A stretch of DNA of 64,000 nt, taken from NCBI GenBank assembly GCA_964654485.1, contig CAZZJI010000007.1, positions 3,276 through 67,275 on the forward strand, given 5' to 3'. Each line of letters starts with the position of its first letter. Position 1 is the first letter of the stretch. Both the position numbers and the translations under genes were made by a program. Origin of the DNA: an uncultured Gammaproteobacteria bacterium. GTDB taxonomy: Bacteria; Pseudomonadota; Gammaproteobacteria; SG8-11. The notes under the pieces were generated by a model, which saw only the letters and a program-made list of their open reading frames with translations, had not been told where the DNA came from and searched no databases. Positions 31,532 through 39,595 of the stretch are shown piece after piece.

Positions 31532-33454
31532 TTAAGATGATTTTCTGACTCGTAAGTACCACTCGCAAAGCAATCGGACTTGTTTTTGTGTGTAGCCTTT
31601 TTCGGTCATGCGATCGACAAAATCTTCATGTTTCTTCTGTTCATCCCCCGAGCTTTTTGCATTAAACGAGATAACCGGGAGTAAGTCTTCGGTATTTGAA
31701 AACATTTTCTTTTCAATAACCGTGCGAAGTTTTTCGTAACTTGACCATTGTGGATTTTTACCGTCATTCTGCGCACGTGCGCGTAGTACAAAATTGACTA
31801 TTTCATTTCGAAAATCCTTGGGATTGCTTATGCCCGCCGGTTTTTCTATTTTTTCCAATTCGTCATTAAGGGCTGCCCGGCTAAATATTTCACCGGTATC
31901 AGTGTCACGATAATCTTCATCCTGAATCCAGTAATCTGCATAGGTAACATATCGATCAAAGATATTCTGACCATATTCTGAATACGATTCCAGATAGGCT
32001 TTCTGAATTTCTTTGCCAATAAATTCTATATACCGTGGTGTTATAAATCCTTTGATATAGGACAGGTAACGCTCTTCAATTTCTGCTGGAAATTGCTCGC
32101 GTTCAATTTGCTGTTCCAGTACATAAAGCAGATGCACTGGGTTGGCCGCAATTTCACTGTTATCGAAGTTAAATACTTTGGATAGAATTTTAAACGCAAA
32201 TCGGGTGGATAACCCCGTCATGCCTTCATCAACGCCAGCATAATCCCGGTATTCCTGGTAGGATTTTGCATTTGGATCTGTGTCTTTCAGGTTTTCGCCG
32301 TCATATACACGCATTTTCGAAAAGATATTGGAATTTTCTGGCTCTTTCAAACGTGAAAGTGCGGCAAACTGGGCCATCATTTTAAGCGTGCCGGGTGCAC
32401 ATGGCGCGTTGGCAAGAGAACTGTTTTCAAGCAATTTGTTATAAATATTTACTTCTTCCGAACAACGAAGGCAATAGGGCACCTTAACGATATAGATACG
32501 ATCAAGGAAGGCCTCATTATTTTTATTGTTCCTGAACGATATCCATTCTGATTCATTTGAATGTGCCAGGATTAGTCCCTCGAAAGGAATCGCTGCCAAA
32601 CCTTCAGTGCCTTTGTAATTATTTTCCTGTGTTGCCGTCAGCAGCGGGTGAAGTACTTTAATGGGCGCCTTGAACATTTCAACAAATTCGAGCATGCCAC
32701 GGTTTGCCTGGCATAGACCACCGGAGAAACTGTATGCATCTGGATCATCCTGGGAAAAGTTTTCCAGCATGCGAATATCGACTTTACCGACAAGTGAGGA
32801 AATATCCTGATTGTTTTCATCACCTGGTTCCGTTTTCGAAATACCTATTTGTTCCAATACAGAAGGCCGTATTTTTACAACTTTAAATTTAGTGATATCA
32901 CCATTAAATTCGTGTAAGCGTTTTACCGCCCATGGCGACATGATGGTGTTGATGTAGCGTTTGGGTATACCGAAATCTTCTTCCAGAATCTGGGCATCTT
33001 CTTCAGGAGAGAAGAGTCCGAGTGGTGATTCGTTGATAGGAGAGCCTTTAATGGCATAAAAGGGCATTTTTTCCAGTAAAGACTTAAGTTTCTCCGCCAA
33101 TGATGATTTACCACCACCAACCGGGCCGAGTAAATACAATATCTGTTTTCTTTCTTCCAGCCCCTGGGCCGCATGTCTGAAAAAAGAAACGATTTGCTCG
33201 ATGACCTCTTCCATGCCATAGAAGTCTTTAAACGCTGGATAGATTTTTATGACTTTATTTGAAAAGAGTCTGCTTAGCCGCGGGTCGGTTTTCGTATCGA
33301 TCAGTTCAGGCGTGCCGATTGCCTCTAGCATGCGCTCTGCAGCAGTGGCATAGGCGATCGGATCTTTTTTGCATATATTCAAATATTCCTGGAGGCTAAG
33401 CTCCTCTTCCTTCGACTCTTCGTAGCGGGATGTAAAATGAGTAAATATAGACAT
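31532..33454 (-). CDS. yeaG: PrkA-family serine protein kinase (YeaG)
   Basis: N-terminus [25 protein letters not shown] resembles E. coli YeaG. Walker [14 protein letters not shown] at 33454 is better spaced from gaagagg than the ATG at 33460. Confidence 0.9.
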   Translation of the reverse strand: MSIFTHFTSRYEESKEEELSLQEYLNICKKDPIAYATAAERMLEAIGTPELIDTKTDPRLSRLFSNKVIKIYPAFKDFYGMEEVIEQIVSFFRHAAQGLEERKQILYLLGPVGGGKSSLAEKLKSLLEKMPFYAIKGSPINESPLGLFSPEEDAQILEEDFGIPKRYINTIMSPWAVKRLHEFNGDITKFKVVKIRPSVLEQIGISKTEPGDENNQDISSLVGKVDIRMLENFSQDDPDAYSFSGGLCQANRGMLEFVEMFKAPIKVLHPLLTATQENNYKGTEGLAAIPFEGLILAHSNESEWISFRNNKNNEAFLDRIYIVKVPYCLRCSEEVNIYNKLLENSSLANAPCAPGTLKMMAQFAALSRLKEPENSNIFSKMRVYDGENLKDTDPNAKSYQEYRDYAGVDEGMTGLSTRFAFKILSKVFNFDNSEIAANPVHLLYVLEQQIEREQFPAEIEERYLSYIKGFITPRYIEFIGKEIQKAYLESYSEYGQNIFDRYVTYADYWIQDEDYRDTDTGEIFSRAALNDELEKIEKPAGISNPKDFRNEIVNFVLRARAQNDGKNPQWSSYEKLRTVIEKKMFSNTEDLLPVISFNAKSSGDEQKKHEDFVDRMTEKGYTQKQVRLLCEWYLRVRKSS

Positions 33455-33926
33455 GGTCATCGCCTCTTCGTCGTGGATAGTTCATTAAATATGAGTGAAC
33501 TATGAATTAGTGAATTATCCTTACTTCTTATATCGGCCTTATTCACTGTTTCTTTGCAGCACTTGATTACTTAGGTTTTAATCACTGTTTAGCCTCTTTT
33601 GAAACAAGACTCTGCAAAAAATGAGCCAACTAAACAAAATATATAACTGCGTAAGTAAAGTGCGTCTCCGTTGATAATAAAACCTTGAATTATTGATTAA
33701 TTAACGTTTTTGCAAAAATGGCCTCCGTCATCATGCGGATAACTGGATCGTTCCTATTTGACAAATTATCCTAAAAAATAAACACTTGTGTCATTAACAT
33801 GACAGATAACTCTATCGTTAGTTATACCCTTTCTTCTAAGTTACGACTAGGAAACAGGTCAATAGTTTGAATTTATTTTTAGTTTGTTTGAGTTGCTTTA
33901 TATAGAATTAAGTCGAGTCTGACCTC

Positions 33927-33956
33927 GTACACCGTCAAGGCTTTTTGACGGTGTAC
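33927..33956. repeat. REP-like palindromic element, copy 4 (inverted orientation relative to copies 1-3)
   Basis: gtacaccgtcaa - ggcttt - ttgacggtgtac. Loop is the reverse complement of the aa(t)agcc loops of the other copies. Confidence 0.8.
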
Positions 33957-34260
33957 TAATATTTGACCTGACGGTATAAAAATGTTGTGAGATACGCACA
34001 ATAAATTCAATCGCTGCAATAATTGCTCACATAATGACCAGTCAGAATGATGATATCGTAAGTCAGTATTTGCAATCGATATTAACTAAACTATCGCTAC
34101 CAACTCGACGCCACTAAAAACAGCTTCGGACTCGAAATAAGGTTATCAATATAGAAAGTATAACAGTTATTTTATGTAGGACACTGAGACGGATTGCTAC
34201 GCTCGGAACTTAAGATAGATTAAAGGTATTGTTAAAGAGCCGTTATCAGGATCAGCGTTA

Positions 34261-34299
34261 ATTATTGTTGGCTAATTCAAGACATTAGCCAACAATAAT
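34261..34299. other. Perfect 16-bp inverted repeat hairpin just downstream of the DUF3135-like gene
   Basis: attattgttggctaat - tcaagac - attagccaacaataat. No U-tract on either strand. Confidence 0.6.
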
Positions 34300-34356
34300 T
34301 CAGGACACAGTATTGTTAATAGCGAACTGCCTTTTTCACTTTTCGCTATTGTATCT

Positions 34357-34746
34357 CTAATGCTTAAATTTATTTTTATTAAAATAAATTATTTGCGCTG
34401 TTGCATGTTGCATTGGTTTTGATATTGGTACAGCGTTCAGTTTCGGTTCCACCAGTAATTTTACCGTGGAAACCAAGCCATTATCGCCGGTGACCGCATC
34501 CCACATCATTGATGATAATTTAATGCAGGCACCCAATGGAGTACGTGCTTTTTTTCGCTCCATATCAATGCGAAATTGTAAGCCTCGTAATCGTCTTTGT
34601 TTGGAAATAGGAATACGCTCGAAAAATTGCTCAATGTAATTCTGACGGCGTTGTTCAAATCCTTCTGGATCATTACTGGCCAGATTAGCCCATTCATCGA
34701 AATCAATTCGAGTGCTTTTTTTGAAATTTTGTTTAATATTTGACAT
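34357..34746 (-). CDS. DUF3135-like small protein
   Basis: 129 aa. FDEWANLASNDPEGFEQRRQNYIEQF...RLRGLQFRIDMERKKARTPLGACIKLSSMMWD matches my memory of DUF3135 proteins. Confidence 0.6.
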   Translation of the reverse strand: MSNIKQNFKKSTRIDFDEWANLASNDPEGFEQRRQNYIEQFFERIPISKQRRLRGLQFRIDMERKKARTPLGACIKLSSMMWDAVTGDNGLVSTVKLLVEPKLNAVPISKPMQHATAQIIYFNKNKFKH

Positions 34747-35083
34747 CTGAAACTACCTTATTTTGCTGCGAGAACATTGTACAACATGATCAATGGTTCA
34801 CTCACGGGACACCGATGACTCTATATAACCGCGTAAATATAACGGTTATTGTTTGTGTCCAGCACTTAGTTAAATTTTACCTGTAACGTGCCGGTTAGGC
34901 TATGAAACGGCTAATATTTATCTATATAAGAACACGCTGAAAAGCACTGAATAATTTATTTTGATTTTTATAACATAATAAAAACAAATAGATAGAAATG
35001 CGAGCAGTATCAAGTAAAAGTCGGGGGTTCGGGCTGTATTGCCTAAATGTTGTATTTTTGCGGTAGAAATGTGATGTGCCATA

Positions 35084-35127
35084 TGGCGACCCGGAGACGA
35101 TTCGAACGTCCGATGTGGCTTAGCAGG
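35084..35127 (-). pseudogene. Orphan tRNA 3' half (T arm, acceptor 3' strand, CCA) plus 10-nt anticodon-loop core
   Basis: Minus strand reads ...CCTGCTAAGC CACATC GGACG TTCGAAT CGTCT CCGGGTC G CCA. Canonical T loop and encoded CCA, but no matching 5' half within 100 nt. Confidence 0.65.
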
Positions 35128-35419
35128 GGGTGTTTTTTAAAAAAATTAGATTTCCATGACCAAGTAAAGATAAAAATACGGGCCTCATATACGTGTAGGC
35201 AAGGACCGGTTGCGGTCAATGCTTTCGGCTTTACTTGCTGTCTCGCAGGCTTTGATCTCTGCTGATGCGTCAGAAATCTTTCTGCCTTCAATATTCGGTA
35301 AAAACTAGCCTCTGAGGCGATATAGCGTCGTTCATCCTTGTGTCGGAGAAATTATGAAACTAACTACATTAATATATTGCGCTCCATCCAGGCTACGTTA
35401 GTTTTATAATATGTCTCGC

Positions 35420-35779
35420 TTATCTGTTGGTAATTAATTTTGGTTGGCTGAGTTGAAATACACCATTGTGTGCGCCGCCAATATATTCAGCACATACATT
35501 AAGGCATTCACCCACGTGAAAATTCTTAAGAGATTCAAAACAAAATCCCTCGGCAACTTTACCTACAGACGCAAATTGTGGTCCAAAGACTGGATTGATA
35601 CTTAATACTTCAAACTTGACCAGCCATTTGCGCTCATCATCGGGAGTCTGTGAACATTCCAACAGCCGGATTTCCAATTGTGACTCATTGGGTGCAACAG
35701 AAACTGAACCAAATCGTGGTGGTACTGGCCGTGGTGGTACTGGCATGGTGGAAACCTCGTGACAAAACGTATAGGACAA
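35420..35779 (-). CDS. Hypothetical protein (119 aa from TTG; 108 aa if ATG at 35746 is used)
   Basis: Open frame downstream of the protease gene, with Pro-rich N-terminus PVPPRPVPPRFG. No family recognised. Confidence 0.45.
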   Translation of the reverse strand: MSYTFCHEVSTMPVPPRPVPPRFGSVSVAPNESQLEIRLLECSQTPDDERKWLVKFEVLSINPVFGPQFASVGKVAEGFCFESLKNFHVGECLNVCAEYIGGAHNGVFQLSQPKLITNR

Positions 35780-35781
35780 CT

Positions 35782-35818
35782 AACTGCTCGGCATCAAATA
35801 GGGCAATGCCGAGCAGTT
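35782..35818 (-). terminator. Strong stem-loop (13-bp perfect arms) between protease gene and downstream ORF
   Basis: aactgctcggcat - caaatagggca - atgccgagcagtt. Lies 22 nt after the protease stop. The following minus-strand sequence is only moderately T-rich. Confidence 0.45.
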
Positions 35819-35839
35819 GATAGACCAGTATAAACTACA

Positions 35840-37405
35840 TTAGCCAAGATATACACGATATAGCGTATCGTTGTCGACATAAACAGTCACTAAATTGTTA
35901 TTTGCCCGTGCCTCACATAAGGCAGTAAAGGCATTGGTAACGCCATCAGGGTTTCCTGTTTTTATTTTTCGCCACCCTAGCCCCTGAATGTTTGCCCAAG
36001 CATTTTGAGAATGGTAACTAGTGTAGAGACGATTAACAATTTTGTTTGTATGCCACTCCTTAACCGCTGCTCCACCGACGTTAATATTGGCCGTTATATT
36101 TTCTCCCACGCGAGTAATCGCGGAAACATTGACTTCGGAGCCAGTACCATCATACGCGTTGCTGTTGGGCGTGGTCGTAGAATTAAAAGCGTTATTTCCA
36201 TTGAAAGGAAAAGTATCTCCACTGTCTCCGGAATTCGCATTACTGTTCAAGTCTCGCTTGCCATCAGCTTGTTCGATATCTACGAGGTAATGCGCTTCGT
36301 CTGTGTTATTTGATTGATTGTCATCAACATGTTCGATAATACAGCCCTCTCCTGGTAGATAAGAATCAAAACCCAGTTTTTGTCGATTCGCTACCAAAAA
36401 ATACTCTTTTGAATCTGCGCTGCCAATCGGCAATTTATAAACATCACCATTATTGAAATAAGGTTTAATATTTACACTTTGCGCACTATTGAATACCGTC
36501 GTTGAGGAAATCCAACCGGCTTTCAGTTTACACCAGGCAGACGGATGCGCTGGTGTGTGACCGTTGTTGTTCCAGCTGCCTCCGGCCATCAAATCCCATC
36601 GACCGGTACCACGTGATGAATAATCGGTGTCATACAGATCTGGCCAGCTCATTAATAAATGGCCTAGTTCATGTGACATAACACCTACCCGACCATCTTC
36701 CGGCGCCATGAAATAGCTACGTATTTGCACGCCGTTTACCGTCTTCGGCGTAATCGACCACTTGTGCGACCAAAAATCGCTTTTGTCACCCGTCGCTTCA
36801 GCGCCAGAACCAGCGGGAATGATAATCAATGCGTCTACTACACCATCACCATCATTATCGTATTGCGCAAAGTTAATATGAGGAGCAGCAAGATCAATGA
36901 CATCCTCTACCAGTTTCTGAGCGTTACGCGGGTAGTCTGCGAAACCGTAATCTTCATTGGTATAATATGATTTGGGTTGCGGTGCCCGATACCAGCCTAC
37001 AGTGACACCGCCGCTTCCGCCAACTTCGCCAACAATATCCAATTTACCGTATGAGGCTTCCCGGTAAAAGTCGTTCATGCTTCCACCAGCATAAGTTCCG
37101 CTGGAAAAGAGCATATCTCTAAAGTGTGACTGCGTTTGTGTTCCCGCCTTGTCTGAAAAATCCACCAGCAGAACCAAGGCCCTACGTGTGCCGACGATAG
37201 GGCTTAAACCCTTAGTGGGTGAGATCAGGGTATGAGCCCGAGTTTTAGGTGGACGCATCAAGATTTTCGTTGCACTTTCTCGATCGAGAACTTCGTCATC
37301 TGCTTTTTCAGGAAGTTCAAGACCAATACGTAGGCGGTGTTTTGAACGGATAATTTTCTCCTCCAATTCTGGTGAAGGAGGTGCGATACAAAGATTGTTG
37401 GACAT
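35840..37405 (-). CDS. M6-type (immune inhibitor A-like) zinc metalloprotease domain protein with novel ~70-aa C-terminal domain; no signal peptide
   Basis: 521 aa. Good RBS (agagga). HExxH as MSHELGHLL. Surrounding pattern (LVLLVDFSD..., DFYREASYG, DGDGVVDALIIIPAG, FWSHKW, GRWDLMAGGSWN) matches my memory of M6 family domains. Hydrophilic N-terminus MSNNLCIAPPSPELEEK. Confidence 0.75.
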   Translation of the reverse strand: MSNNLCIAPPSPELEEKIIRSKHRLRIGLELPEKADDEVLDRESATKILMRPPKTRAHTLISPTKGLSPIVGTRRALVLLVDFSDKAGTQTQSHFRDMLFSSGTYAGGSMNDFYREASYGKLDIVGEVGGSGGVTVGWYRAPQPKSYYTNEDYGFADYPRNAQKLVEDVIDLAAPHINFAQYDNDGDGVVDALIIIPAGSGAEATGDKSDFWSHKWSITPKTVNGVQIRSYFMAPEDGRVGVMSHELGHLLMSWPDLYDTDYSSRGTGRWDLMAGGSWNNNGHTPAHPSAWCKLKAGWISSTTVFNSAQSVNIKPYFNNGDVYKLPIGSADSKEYFLVANRQKLGFDSYLPGEGCIIEHVDDNQSNNTDEAHYLVDIEQADGKRDLNSNANSGDSGDTFPFNGNNAFNSTTTPNSNAYDGTGSEVNVSAITRVGENITANINVGGAAVKEWHTNKIVNRLYTSYHSQNAWANIQGLGWRKIKTGNPDGVTNAFTALCEARANNNLVTVYVDNDTLYRVYLG

Positions 37406-37488
37406 GGTTTTTTCCTCTTTTTATTGTTAGATTCGATACAAAATTCCTTGCTCTATAGGCGAAGATTCAGTTCCATTTTTGTCTTCGT

Positions 37489-37797
37489 TCAAGCGACCTC
37501 ATGAACATGGATTACCATTTTCTCAATGGATTGCGCCATGGGTACCCGGTACGCTTGCATACTAAGTAAATCACCAAGCTCTATTTTCGGATGACCAGAC
37601 AGGCTCACATGGGCACGAATGATGTAGTCCGATGCGGGATCGCGGACAACGAAGTCTATCGAAAACGATACCGATGTTTTCATGCCAGCTTGGTGGAACA
37701 CATGGTTAATTCGCAAACTAGTTAACTTTATTGAAGATCCATCCAGCATGCCAACGTCTTCCGCGTAAACATACAAAACCGCATCCGCCTGTCGCAA
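37489..37797 (-). CDS. Hypothetical 102-aa protein (weak motif-level resemblance to YbaY/YscW-type beta-sandwich domains)
   Basis: TTG start 3 nt after the upstream stop, suggesting translational coupling. DAVLYVYAEDVGMLDGSSIKL and YIIRAHVSLSG...GDLL patterns. Confidence 0.45.
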   Translation of the reverse strand: MRQADAVLYVYAEDVGMLDGSSIKLTSLRINHVFHQAGMKTSVSFSIDFVVRDPASDYIIRAHVSLSGHPKIELGDLLSMQAYRVPMAQSIEKMVIHVHEVA

Positions 37798-37800
37798 TGC

Positions 37801-38241
37801 TTACTTTTTAGTACTGCTTCGCGAGCTTGCTTTCTTAGTCGTTGGCTTTACCTCTGATTTATCTTCTAAATCAGGCGGCGGTGGTGCATCTTGCGACTGC
37901 GTTTCATCCAAACCAGGTGCCGGTACTACTATGCTACCTATGCTACCGTTCTTGATACTATGGAAAGATTCGTCGGAGAGTGGCCCAGGTGCGCTATCCA
38001 AGTTTGCTAGCGTATCTGCATTCTGCGTAACTTCTTCAGGACCTGGCGCCCCAGAAAAAGCGGCGCTTTCAGTGGCAGCCGACGACTGACCAGCCTCGGG
38101 ACCCGGTGCCGCATTAACGTCCATCTGTATACCAGAAAATGCCAAGTTATGCGGTGCGGGGGCTTCGGCCAAGTCAGCACTTGAAGTATTTTTTAAGAAC
38201 TCCCCGCCCATGGGAATTTTAATCGTGATTTCCGGGATCAT
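37801..38241 (-). CDS. Hypothetical low-complexity protein with four APGP/APGL-acidic repeats and Lys/Ser-rich tail
   Basis: 146 aa. Repeats AAPGPEAGQ, GAPGPEEVTQ, SAPGPLSDES, VPAPGLDETQ. C-terminus KPTTKKASSRSSTKK. Confidence 0.5.
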   Translation of the reverse strand: MIPEITIKIPMGGEFLKNTSSADLAEAPAPHNLAFSGIQMDVNAAPGPEAGQSSAATESAAFSGAPGPEEVTQNADTLANLDSAPGPLSDESFHSIKNGSIGSIVVPAPGLDETQSQDAPPPPDLEDKSEVKPTTKKASSRSSTKK

Positions 38242-38274
38242 TTTTCATTCTCCTATAATTTATTTGATGGAACA

Positions 38275-38300
38275 CAATGGCTGCAGTACTGCAGCCATTG
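38275..38300. other. Perfect 26-nt palindrome (stem-loop) between the 72-aa gene and the 146-aa gene
   Basis: caatggctgcagt|actgcagccattg. Contains two ctgcag sites. Confidence 0.6.
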
Positions 38301-38316
38301 ACAGCCGACATACATC

Positions 38317-38535
38317 TCAATTCATATACGCACGTTCAATAAGATTCTCGACAATATAGACACTAACGGTACGATTATTGGCTTTAGCAACGCTCAGCAA
38401 AGTAAAAGTATTGGTGACGCCATCACTGTTATCAGTTTTTATTTTTCTCCATCCAAGACCATCTATCCGCGCCCAACCATTTTGTGAATGAAAAGTTGTA
38501 TAAGTTTGAAGAACGGCTTTATTATTATTCCACAT
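38317..38535 (-). CDS. Free-standing copy of the protease C-terminal domain (72 aa)
   Basis: ATG at 38535 preceded by aagagga. MWNNNKAVLQTYTTFHSQNGWARIDGLGWRKIKTDNSDGVTNTFTLLSVAKANNRTVSVYIV... aligns along its whole length with the last ~72 aa of the 521-aa protease. Confidence 0.7.
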   Translation of the reverse strand: MWNNNKAVLQTYTTFHSQNGWARIDGLGWRKIKTDNSDGVTNTFTLLSVAKANNRTVSVYIVENLIERAYMN

Positions 38536-38657
38536 GATAGTTTCCTCTTTTTTGTTGTTGTAAAAATTTTTTTTCATCAAGATTCGAAGGCAATCCAAAC
38601 TACGACGCTTGCTTTTACTAAAATTATTTATTTTTTATTAAATTATAACGTCTTAAT

Positions 38658-38948
38658 CTAACTTATAAATTTAATTTTATTATTTAAATAGACCCGATAA
38701 ATGCTGCTACCATTTGCAAACACATTGATGGTTCGGTTATTTGCCTTTGCCTCGCATAAAACAACAAAGGTATTGGTAACGCCATCAGAATTACCGATAT
38801 TAATTTTTATCCAACCCAAACCTTGAATTAACGCCCAGGCATTTTGCGAGTGATAAGTCGAATAAACTCGGCCAACGGTATTGTGCGCCGCTGACTGCAA
38901 CGCCCATTTCAAGGTCGTCTTGTGTTGCATCAATATCATCGCCTGCAA
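38658..38948 (-). CDS. Second free-standing (or frameshift-fused) copy of the protease C-terminal domain
   Basis: ...KWALQSAAHNTVGRVYSTYHSQNAWALIQGLGWIKINIGNSDGVTNTFVVLCEAKANNRTINVF...IYRVYL. Weak start signals. The 5' 149 nt overlaps ORF 38800..39147 in another frame. Confidence 0.55.
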   Translation of the reverse strand: MQAMILMQHKTTLKWALQSAAHNTVGRVYSTYHSQNAWALIQGLGWIKINIGNSDGVTNTFVVLCEAKANNRTINVFANGSSIYRVYLNNKIKFIS

Positions 38949-39147
38949 GCTTAGCCTGGGTGCGGCTCTTCATCTCTTCTGCGGTACCCAGTACGATATC
39001 GCCTTCGAACAAAGCAAGTCCATCAACAACTGTGTATTGTACTGGCTTATTTTTAAATGTAAGGCCAGAAACGAAACCGGTAAAAATTTCGTCGCCGGAT
39101 TGAAACTCAGTACTTTCGCTTTCGCTTTCGGTATCTTGGTTCGCCAT
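38800..39147 (-). CDS. Hypothetical acidic N-terminal ORF; its 3' third is the out-of-frame shadow of 38658..38948 (possible frameshifted fusion)
   Basis: MANQDTESESESTEF...PVQYTVVDGLALFEGDIVLGTAEEM. Its last ~45 aa are read from the same nucleotides as the conserved domain in the other frame. Confidence 0.4.
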   Translation of the reverse strand: MANQDTESESESTEFQSGDEIFTGFVSGLTFKNKPVQYTVVDGLALFEGDIVLGTAEEMKSRTQAKLAGDDIDATQDDLEMGVAVSGAQYRWPSLFDLSLAKCLGVNSRFGLDKN

Positions 39148-39459
39148 AGGTTTGTTAGTATTATTATTAATTCCTTCTGCTCACCAAAGCTGAGTGAAAT
39201 CTATTCTTGCAATCGCGTCTATTTTTCACAGTGATAAATTACCCCGGTACTTGTGAAATATTTACTTTGTGATTAAATATTATTCTAATGACTTAAGTTA
39301 AAAACGGTATTTCGAAGTCGATCCCGGAGTGGGTCCCATAGTCAAGACAGTAATCCAAAAATATATGTTGTGACACAGTTTGGGTACAACTGAAGGCATG
39401 GAGGTGAAATTGGGTTGTTGTACTACGTTACGCGGGTATGAGTTATTTCAAAAGAGAAA

Positions 39460-39536
39460 TGGCCCGCTCGAATGGATTCGAACCATCGGCCTGCCCCTTA
39501 GGAGGGGGCTGCTCTATCCAGCTGAGCTACGAGCGG
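39460..39536 (-). tRNA. tRNA-Arg (anticodon CCT)
   Basis: 77 nt cloverleaf folded by hand. Acceptor CCGCTCG/CGAGCGG. D arm GCTC-AGCTGGATA-GAGC (A20 present). Anticodon arm GCCCC-CTCCTAA-GGGGC. Variable AGGCC. T arm GATGG-TTCGAAT-CCATT. Discriminator G, encoded CCA. Confidence 0.85.
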
Positions 39537-39595
39537 TTTGGGGTATTATACAGGATTTGACTGTTAACTTAAGTGCGTTTCCCTAATGATTGTTA

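Noticed and set aside
33710-33723. Sigma-54-like GGCC...TTGCA on the minus strand upstream of prkA.
   Set aside because: GG-to-GC spacing is 10 nt instead of the required 12, and the -24 element is GGCCA, not TGGCAC.
35043-35291. ORFs of 82 aa (minus) and 72 aa (plus) in the track.
   Set aside because: They mirror each other and overlap the tRNA 3' fragment. The minus-strand ORF starts at TTG and I saw no convincing RBS for either. Composition is not protein-like. Treated as non-coding.
35043-35420. Possible tmRNA (ssrA) on the minus strand, suggested by the tRNA-like T arm plus CCA end at 35084-35117 and about 340 nt of non-coding sequence upstream of it.
   Set aside because: No matching 5' acceptor strand (GACCCGG or similar) appears anywhere in 35130-35450. 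There is no G3:U70 alanine identity pair. No tag-like reading frame ends in hydrophobic residues; the best candidate reads MNDAISPQRLVFTEY. The split-tRNA interpretation fits better.
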